DNA from: Pedosphaera sp.
GTDB lineage: Bacteria; Verrucomicrobiota; Verrucomicrobiia; Limisphaerales; SIBH01
Reading direction: 5' to 3'
Length of the DNA: 14,915 nucleotides
Assembly (NCBI GenBank): GCA_031414955.1
Contig: JANOQV010000297.1
Coordinates: 1 to 14,915, forward strand
Position numbers and translations under genes: made by a program. How positions within the stretch are numbered: the first letter of the stretch is position 1; each line of letters begins with the position of its first letter. Positions 1 through 6,152 of the stretch are shown here, one piece after another. The notes below the pieces were generated by a model that was given only the letters and a program-made list of their open reading frames with translations, was not told the DNA's origin and made no database searches.

Positions 1-984
1 TTCACCGAGGAGATCGTCCGCAAGGCCAAGCTCTACGACAAGGATACCATCCCCGGCGACTTCGGCGTGCTCATGGTGCGCTGCCCCAAGTGCGGCGATG
101 AGATCCACGAGAAGTTCCGCGAGTTCAAGTGCAAGAGCTGCGACTTCTACGTGCGCAAGGTTTTGGGCGGCCGCATGTTCGAGCCGGAAGAAGTGCAGCA
201 ACTGATCATCGAGAAGACAATTGGTCCGCTCCAAGGCTTCCGCAGCAAACAGGGCTTTCCCTTTGCCGCCGTGGTCAAGCTCTCGCCGGAGAACGAGGTG
301 AAATTTGACTTCGGCAACGAGGAGGAGGGCGGCGAGGCGGCGGTCGTGGATTTCACCGGCAAGGAACCGCTCGGCCTTTGCCCCAAGTGCCAGGGCCGCG
401 TCTTCGAGAACGGGATGAATTACATCTGCGAGAAGGCGACGGGGCCGGGCAAGACGTGCGACTTCAAGACCGGCGCGATCATTCTCCAGCAGCCCATCGA
501 GCGCGCTCAGGTCGTGAAGCTGCTCACCGAGGGCAAGACCGAATTGCTCAAGGGTTTCGTCTCGAACAAGACGAACCGCAAGTTCGAGGCGTTCCTCATC
601 TACAAGGAAGGCAAGGTCAGCTTCGACTTCCCGCCGCGGGTGCGGAAGTTTCCCGAGAAGGCGAAAGGCCCGGTGGTGAAGATTGATTTCACCGGCCAGG
701 AATCCCTCGGCGTTTGTCCGAAGTGCAAAGGAAAAGTTTTCCAAAGCCCCGACCTGTATCTGTGCGAGCACTCGCAGCGCGACACCAAGCGCTGCACGTT
801 CAAGCTGGAGAAAATCAAGACCGGCCGCCCCATCGACGTGGAGCAGTTGCAAAAGCTGCTCAAGGACGGCAAGACCGACCTGTTGAACAACTTCCTTTCG
901 CGCGCGGGCCGGACCTTCAGCGCGCACCTCATCCTCGAAGGCAAAGGCAAGGTGGGCTTCGAGTTCGCCGAGCGCGAGGAGTAA
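1..984 (+). CDS. topB: DNA topoisomerase III, C-terminal part (5' end outside window); three Zn-ribbon + Toprim_Crpt repeats
   Basis: Frame is open from base 1 (FTEEIVRKAKLYDKDTIPGDFG...) to TAA at 982-984. Three CPKC...C..C-[DT]F units, each followed by LL..GKT.LL.GF.S(K/R)..R.F.A.L...V.F.F-type sequence typical of TopB C-terminal repeats. The 67 start in the ORF track is an edge artefact. Confidence 0.9.
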   Translation, partial: FTEEIVRKAKLYDKDTIPGDFGVLMVRCPKCGDEIHEKFREFKCKSCDFYVRKVLGGRMFEPEEVQQLIIEKTIGPLQGFRSKQGFPFAAVVKLSPENEVKFDFGNEEEGGEAAVVDFTGKEPLGLCPKCQGRVFENGMNYICEKATGPGKTCDFKTGAIILQQPIERAQVVKLLTEGKTELLKGFVSNKTNRKFEAFLIYKEGKVSFDFPPRVRKFPEKAKGPVVKIDFTGQESLGVCPKCKGKVFQSPDLYLCEHSQRDTKRCTFKLEKIKTGRPIDVEQLQKLLKDGKTDLLNNFLSRAGRTFSAHLILEGKGKVGFEFAEREE

Positions 985-1060
985 TCAGTCAGCCCGTTTT
1001 CGCTCGCGCCACAACCCTTCACCGCCCCGTCACACTGATTACTGACCCACTGATTACTCC
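978..1060. repeat. Inverted repeat GGAGTAATCAGT / ACTGATTACTCC with internal 11-bp direct repeat CACTGATTACT
   Basis: 978-989 is the exact reverse complement of 1049-1060. CACTGATTACT occurs at 1033-1043 and 1048-1058. Confidence 0.8.
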
Positions 1061-1063
1061 ACC

Positions 1064-2032
1064 ATGTGGCGCTTCCTCGCCCGACCGCTCGACCGCCTCG
1101 CCATCCGCTCCGCGTGCGGCTCCGTCCTCCCCAGCCCGGACGGGCATTCACACGCCGCCGAGGCTGCGGCACTGCTGGACAGTCCCGGATTCTTCGCGCC
1201 CGAGGTCGGTCCGGCGGACGTTCAACTGACGCCGAAGAATCGGTTTTACTTCCCGTCCCCATTCCAGAGCGACGCGCCGGAGAACAATCTGGTGCGCGGA
1301 AAATCCAATCTGGCCGACGCGGACTGGCGCCGCCGTCCTTCTGTAATTCTGTTGCACGGCTGGAACGCAGAATTGCAGTACGAGATGCAACTGCCGGACT
1401 GGTCCCGACAACTCGCGCGCGCCGGGGTGAACGCGTTTCGCTTTGAACTGCCCTACCACGGCTCGCGACGTCCAACCGGGCCGGACGCGATCCGCAATTA
1501 TTTCTCCGGCAACATGCTGCATGTCGCCCGCGCCACGCACCAGGCCCTCGCCGACACGCGTGCCCTCGCGCTCTGGCTGCGCGCGCAAGGCTCCCCTTCG
1601 GTTGGCCTCTGGGGCGTTTCCCTCGGCGCGTGGCTCGCCGGACTCGCCACGGCGCACCAGCCGGAGTTTGACTTGGGTGTGCTGCTCACGCCCGTGGCGC
1701 GGATGGATCGCGCCCTGGAGGAACTGCCCTTCTGCGAAGCTATCCGCAAAGATTTGCGCGGCGTGGCTGGCGCATTCCACGGCTTGAACCTGGTCAGCCA
1801 TCCGGCCCGCCTCCCGCGCGGCCGGCTGCTCGTGGTGGATGCGGAGCATGACCTCTTCGTCACGCGTGAGACGGTGAACGAACTCGTGGCGGCGCACGGC
1901 GCGGAACTTTGGCGCGTGCGCCACGGCCACATCAGCGTGCTGTTCTCAGGCAAATTGATGCGCCGCATCGTGCAGTGGATTGCCGAAACGACAGCCACCA
2001 CGCGCTTTGACACCACTGCGCCACCTGCCTAG
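1064..2032 (+). CDS. Alpha/beta hydrolase family protein (ABHD18/DUF2048-like)
   Basis: 322 aa; oxyanion-loop LLHGW, LPYHGSRRP, nucleophile elbow G-V-S-L-G, acid in AEHDLFV, His in HGHIS; no obvious signal peptide. Confidence 0.85.
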   Translation: MWRFLARPLDRLAIRSACGSVLPSPDGHSHAAEAAALLDSPGFFAPEVGPADVQLTPKNRFYFPSPFQSDAPENNLVRGKSNLADADWRRRPSVILLHGWNAELQYEMQLPDWSRQLARAGVNAFRFELPYHGSRRPTGPDAIRNYFSGNMLHVARATHQALADTRALALWLRAQGSPSVGLWGVSLGAWLAGLATAHQPEFDLGVLLTPVARMDRALEELPFCEAIRKDLRGVAGAFHGLNLVSHPARLPRGRLLVVDAEHDLFVTRETVNELVAAHGAELWRVRHGHISVLFSGKLMRRIVQWIAETTATTRFDTTAPPA

Positions 2033-2035
2033 ATT
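2007..2035 (+). promoter_or_regulatory. Sigma70-type promoter TTGACA-N17-TAGATT, likely producing leaderless mRNA for the phosphatase
   Basis: TTGACA 2007-2012, 17-bp spacer, TAGATT 2030-2035, then 6 nt, then ATG at 2042; no Shine-Dalgarno. Confidence 0.75.
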
Positions 2036-2041
2036 CGCGCC

Positions 2042-2599
2042 ATGCTTCGACCAACCCTCATCGCGATGTTCGTCAGTCTGGCCGCCCTGTTACACGCCGC
2101 GGAGCGCGACGCCAAGTGGGCGACCAAGGTCGAGCAAGCCGGGTTGCCCAATCTCCATCGCGTCGCCACCAACCTCTACCGTTGCGCCCAACCGACCGCT
2201 GACGGGCTGAAAGCCGCCGAGCAGCTCGGCATCAAGACCGTCATCAGCCTGCGCGCCTTTCATTCGGACAAGGACGAGGTGGAATCGACGAAGCTCAAGA
2301 CCGAGCGCATCCGCTTCAACACCTGGCATCCCGAGGATGAGGACGTGGTGCGCTTCCTCAAGCTGGTCAGCAACACCAACGGCGGTCCTTACCTCGTGCA
2401 TTGCCTCCACGGCGCGGATCGCACCGGCACCATGATCGCCATCCACCGCATCGCCTTCGAGGGCTGGAAGAAGCAGGATGCGATCAAGGAAATGACCGAC
2501 GGCGGCTTCGGCTACCACGCGGTCTGGACAAACCTCATCAAGTACCTCAACGAACTCGACGTGGAGGCGTTGAAGAAGAAGGCCGGGCTGACGAAGTGA
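2042..2599 (+). CDS. Exported dual-specificity/tyrosine protein phosphatase (TpbA/Siw14-like)
   Basis: 185 aa; signal peptide MLRPTLIAMFVSLAALLHA; NLHRV...LYRxAQP, GIKTVISLR, P-loop HCLHGADRTG (CX5R), C-terminal RI..EGW.KQDAI.EM..GGFG resembling Pseudomonas TpbA. Confidence 0.88.
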   Translation: MLRPTLIAMFVSLAALLHAAERDAKWATKVEQAGLPNLHRVATNLYRCAQPTADGLKAAEQLGIKTVISLRAFHSDKDEVESTKLKTERIRFNTWHPEDEDVVRFLKLVSNTNGGPYLVHCLHGADRTGTMIAIHRIAFEGWKKQDAIKEMTDGGFGYHAVWTNLIKYLNELDVEALKKKAGLTK

Positions 2600-2636
2600 A
2601 AGCACCAAACATCAACCTGCATACGGCCCGGACGGG

Positions 2637-2735
2637 GCGCGGGTTTTCAACCTGCAACAGCGTGTGACATCCCGCGGTCCCGGCAAAATCAGCGCCCTTG
2701 CCACTATCACATTGCTGCGGGTTGAAAACCCGCGC
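2637..2735. repeat. REP doublet / REPIN-like inverted repeat
   Basis: GCGCGGGTTTTCAACC (2637-2652) pairs perfectly with 2720-2735; arms extend to 23 bp with 2 mismatches. Each arm is itself a hairpin (GCGGGTT-GAA-AACCCGC). Confidence 0.8.
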
Positions 2736-2771
2736 GCCGGGATTGGAGCTTTCTTTGCGACCCGCCCGCGC

Positions 2772-2777
2772 TAGGCT
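2772..2777 (+). promoter_or_regulatory. Putative -10 box TAGGCT 6 nt upstream of ATG (leaderless candidate)
   Basis: TAnnnT hexamer at 2772-2777, ATG at 2784, no SD; -35 is weak. Confidence 0.5.
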
Positions 2778-2783
2778 GCGTCC

Positions 2784-3533
2784 ATGAAACTCATCGCGCT
2801 CCTGGTGGCTCTCGCCTTCGCCAGTTCCACCCAAGCCGCCTTGCTCGACTTTCTCAAGCCAAAGTCCGCCGACACCAATGCCAGTTCAACGCTGCTCGCC
2901 GGGCTTTCACAGGATCAAGTCGCCGAGGCGCTGAAGCAGGCGCTCGGCAAGGGTGTGGCCAGCGCCATCACCAATCTCGGCCAGGCCAACGGCTTCCTGG
3001 CCAATCCCAAGGTCAAAATCCCCATGCCGAAGAAACTCAGCGCCGTGGAAAAATCCCTGCGCGCCCTGAAGCAGGACAAGTACGCCGATGAATTTGTCGC
3101 CACCATGAACCACGCCGCCGAAGCCGCCGTGCCCCAGGCTCTGCCCATCTTCACCGACGCGCTCAAGACCATGACCATCGACGACGCCAAGAAACTCGTC
3201 AGCGGCGGCAAGGATTCCGCCACACAATTCTTCAAGACCAGGGGGGAGAAGCAGATTCAGGACAAGATGGCCCCCGTCATCAAGCAAGCCACCCAGAAAG
3301 CCGGCGTCACCGCTTCCTATAAGAAACTGCTCGACCAGGCCAACACCGGCACGGTCGGTTCCCTGCTCGGCAAGCTGAACTACGACGCCTCCTCCTTCGA
3401 CGTGGACAAATACGTGACGCAGAAAGCCAGCGACGGGTTGTTCAAGATGATCGCCGAGGAAGAAGAGCGCATCCGCCAAAACCCCGCCGCGCGCACCACC
3501 GAGCTGCTGCAAAAAGTTTTCGGCGCGAAGTAA
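2784..3533 (+). CDS. DUF4197 domain-containing exported protein
   Basis: 249 aa; signal peptide MKLIALLVALAFASSTQA; characteristic LKQAL..G...A...LG..NGFL.NPKVKIP.P, MNHAAEAAV, DSATQFF, DGLFKMIAEEE..IR.NP.ARTT.LL.KVFG. Confidence 0.9.
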   Translation: MKLIALLVALAFASSTQAALLDFLKPKSADTNASSTLLAGLSQDQVAEALKQALGKGVASAITNLGQANGFLANPKVKIPMPKKLSAVEKSLRALKQDKYADEFVATMNHAAEAAVPQALPIFTDALKTMTIDDAKKLVSGGKDSATQFFKTRGEKQIQDKMAPVIKQATQKAGVTASYKKLLDQANTGTVGSLLGKLNYDASSFDVDKYVTQKASDGLFKMIAEEEERIRQNPAARTTELLQKVFGAK

Positions 3534-3576
3534 CTCGAACGTGGCCGCACCACGGGACAGCGCCACCTTTCCAGAC

Positions 3577-3612
3577 AAAAGAAGGGGCGGGACTCTCACC
3601 AAGTCCCGCCCC
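3577..3612 (-). terminator. Rho-independent terminator for the - strand secreted-protein genes
   Basis: 11-bp stem GGGGCGGGACT (3584-3594) / AGTCCCGCCCC (3602-3612), 7-nt loop, followed on the - strand by TTCTTTT. Confidence 0.85.
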
Positions 3613-3676
3613 AATAAATCCCAGAACCCCGGCCCATGCACGAGCCGGAGTTCCAGTCTCACCTCAATCATTCCGC

Positions 3677-6040
3677 CTACGGCCAGACCGCGCGGTAGTA
3701 GCGCTGCGGCGCACCTTCGCCGGGCGTGTCGGTGACTTCGATCACCCCGAGGGAATCCGCCGCGATCGGCGAACCGACCTGCGTCCACGACGGCGTTTCC
3801 AGGCTGGTGGTGTATTGGATGCGGTAGCTGTAGTTGGGCACACCCGCGCCCCGGATGCGGAACGATCCGGCGCCCAGATTCTCGATGGTGAGATCCTGCG
3901 CCGCGAGCGCGCTGTCCGGCTTCACGTTCACCACCACTATGCCGGTGTTCGTGCTGCCGTGGCTGTCGGTGACGGTGTAGGTGAACGCATCCACGCCGGT
4001 GTAACCCACCGGCGGATGATAGGTGATCCACTGGCCGCTGACGGTAATGGTGCCGCTGTTCGTGCTCGTGCTGCTCACGCTCACGAAGGTCAGCAGGTCG
4101 TTGTCCGCATCGGTGTCGTTGTCCAGCAAGGTGGACTTGCGCACCTTGATGGTGCTGAGCGGGTAACGCTCCAGCGTGTCGGCATTCGCCACCACGGGCG
4201 AGTTGATGTTCTGCGTGAGCGAGTTGGTCGCCCCGCTGAAGTTGCCATCACCCGCGTACTCGGCCGTGATGGTGCTCAGACCGTGTGGCAACTCGGTCGT
4301 GCTGTAACTCGCCACGCCGCTGCCATTGATCGCCGCCGTGCTCGTCGCGATCACGCCGTTGGTCTTGAACGTGACCGTGCCGCTGGGCGTCGCGGTGCTC
4401 GGCGCGACCGGACTGAGCGCGTAGGTGAACGTGACGTTCGCGCCCTGCGCCGCTGGATTGGCCGACGAGGCCAGCGCGCCCGTCGATTGCGCGCCGATGA
4501 TGTAGAGCGTGCCGTTCACGAAGCTGACCGTGTAGTTGGGGCTGGCCGCGTCTGCCGGGGTGATGGCGTAAGTGCCCACCGGGCTGCTCTGAATGGCCGG
4601 ACTCGTGAGCGAGACCGGCGTGGTCAGACTCGCTGCCGTGTCGCTGAGTTTGAAGCCGCTGTAGCTCGCGGTGTAGGCCGGCAGCGGTGCGCCGAAGATG
4701 TTCGTCTTGTGGTCCGCCGTGACGAGGAGCGCCGCAGGCACATTGGTCAGCAGGCCGTTCACGAAGGCGATCGTGTAGTTGAGGTCCGCCGCGTCCGCGA
4801 CCGTGATGGGATACAATCCCGCCGGGCTGGCCAGCAGCGCGGTGGTGGTGATGGCCACCGCTGTGTCGAGGTTCGCCGGCGTGTCGCTGTTGACGAAGCC
4901 CGCGTAAGCCGCAGACAAGTCCGGCACGGCGTCGCCGTAAATCTTGTTTGTACTCACGGCGGTGATGGTCAGTGCCGCCGGCGTGTTGGTCAGCGTGCCG
5001 CTCACGAAAGCGATGGTGTAGTCGGGGCTGGTCGCGCCGCTCACGTCGATGGCGTAGGTGCCCACGTCGCTGCCCGAGGTGGCGGTTGTGTTGAAGGACA
5101 CCGGCGTGGTCAGGTTCGCGGCCGTGTCGCTGTTCACGAAGGTGGCGTAACTGGCCGTGAACTCCGGCAGAGCCGCGCCGTAAACCTTCGAAGTGCTGTT
5201 CGCGGTGATGGTGAGCGGCGCTTTCAACACGTTGATCAAGACGTTGGTCGTGGCGCTGAGATAAGTCGCGGGATCGCTCGGGGTGAACGTGACGCTCAAC
5301 ACTTGCGCGTTGCCCGCGTGCAGGAAGGTTCCGGCCGGCGGCGAATAAGCGAACGTGCCGGCGGGGGCCGTGGTTGCATTCAACTGCGCCACGCCGAGCG
5401 CTGTGCCGTAAACAATGTCCGCCGGGGTGGACCACGCGATGAGCGGACGGTTCAGGCCGGTCACTTCCAATTCCCAACTCACAAGCTGGTTCGTGCCGCC
5501 GCTTTCCATGTCGGCGAGGAACAGCGTCCACTCGCCGCCGGCGTTCGCGCCGGCGAACTGCGCGAGCAGCTTCGTGCGCGCGTCCGAATCGAGCACGCTG
5601 CCGGGATCGACGTCGCGCCCGTCCGGCTGCCACACGCCGAGCAGCGCGTTCCCGCCGGTGTTGGTCGAGCCTTGATAGGTGTGGACGTCATTCGCCGCGC
5701 TGTCCGCGAACGTGACCTCGAACCCGGCGTCATCATATCCGGCGTCGTTGCCGGTGGCGCGGCCGGGGCGGTTGAGCAGGATGCTCAGGCCGCTGCCGTG
5801 GCGCAGGTAGCCGTAGAGGTCGCCGTTGAACTCGCCGTTGACCTTGAGCCGGACGCGGACGCCGGTGATCTGCGTCACCGAGGAGGTGACGGAGCGCGTG
5901 TCGCGCAGACCGACGGCCGAGCCGTCTGGGATGTTGCGGTTGAGGTTGGTGTAGCTGTGCGTCTCCACGACCTGCGCCCGCGTGGTGAGCGCGGTGGCAG
6001 CGAGGAGGCACAGACCCAGTAGGACTTTGTATTTGTGCAT
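3677..6040 (-). CDS. Secreted adhesin-like protein: proprotein-convertase P-domain, Ig-like unit, 3 MBG repeats, Big_3-like, cadherin-like (Big_9) domain, C-terminal module; 787 aa
   Basis: Start reassigned to ATG at 6040 (MHKYKVLLGLCLLAATALTTRA signal peptide, A-rich leader). P-domain motifs IPDG..GDLYGYL..GEWTLFLAD..SWELEV; LTITA..K.YG repeats; SSANPA..G.NVTFT..PSGTVTF..ITAEYAGD.NF; LLDNDTDAD.D..YHP..GY.G.DAFTYTVTD. Confidence 0.85.
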   Translation of the reverse strand: MHKYKVLLGLCLLAATALTTRAQVVETHSYTNLNRNIPDGSAVGLRDTRSVTSSVTQITGVRVRLKVNGEFNGDLYGYLRHGSGLSILLNRPGRATGNDAGYDDAGFEVTFADSAANDVHTYQGSTNTGGNALLGVWQPDGRDVDPGSVLDSDARTKLLAQFAGANAGGEWTLFLADMESGGTNQLVSWELEVTGLNRPLIAWSTPADIVYGTALGVAQLNATTAPAGTFAYSPPAGTFLHAGNAQVLSVTFTPSDPATYLSATTNVLINVLKAPLTITANSTSKVYGAALPEFTASYATFVNSDTAANLTTPVSFNTTATSGSDVGTYAIDVSGATSPDYTIAFVSGTLTNTPAALTITAVSTNKIYGDAVPDLSAAYAGFVNSDTPANLDTAVAITTTALLASPAGLYPITVADAADLNYTIAFVNGLLTNVPAALLVTADHKTNIFGAPLPAYTASYSGFKLSDTAASLTTPVSLTSPAIQSSPVGTYAITPADAASPNYTVSFVNGTLYIIGAQSTGALASSANPAAQGANVTFTYALSPVAPSTATPSGTVTFKTNGVIATSTAAINGSGVASYSTTELPHGLSTITAEYAGDGNFSGATNSLTQNINSPVVANADTLERYPLSTIKVRKSTLLDNDTDADNDLLTFVSVSSTSTNSGTITVSGQWITYHPPVGYTGVDAFTYTVTDSHGSTNTGIVVVNVKPDSALAAQDLTIENLGAGSFRIRGAGVPNYSYRIQYTTSLETPSWTQVGSPIAADSLGVIEVTDTPGEGAPQRYYRAVWP
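4493..5221 (-). repeat. Three tandem 243-bp (81-aa) MBG-domain repeats
   Basis: Units start at 5221 (APLTITA), 4978 (AALTITA) and 4735 (AALLVTA); shared Y..F..SDT.A.L.T.V and YT(I/V).FV.G.L. Confidence 0.85.
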
Positions 6041-6069
6041 GTTTTGTTTTGTTTTTGAGGTTGAGGTGA

Positions 6070-6126
6070 GAAAGCCCGCGCGCCGCGTCTGCGCCGACGG
6101 GTTGAAACGCGCCTCATTCGCGCTCC
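6070..6126. repeat. Degenerate relic related to the 2637-2735 REP
   Basis: GAAAGCCCGCGCGCCG (6070-6085) matches 2724-2739 at 15/16; CGGGTTGAAA (6098-6107) is identical to 2718-2727. Confidence 0.45.
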
Positions 6127-6152
6127 AAAATTGGAAAAGAGAAAAATGGTTT

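Noticed and set aside
3815..6022. 735-aa + strand ORF
   Set aside because: Antisense shadow of the adhesin gene; Arg/Val/Gly-rich, no motifs, expected from high-GC codon usage.
6041..6056. GTTTT x3 as a phase-variation tract
   Set aside because: Only three units; better explained as an A-rich translation leader on the - strand.
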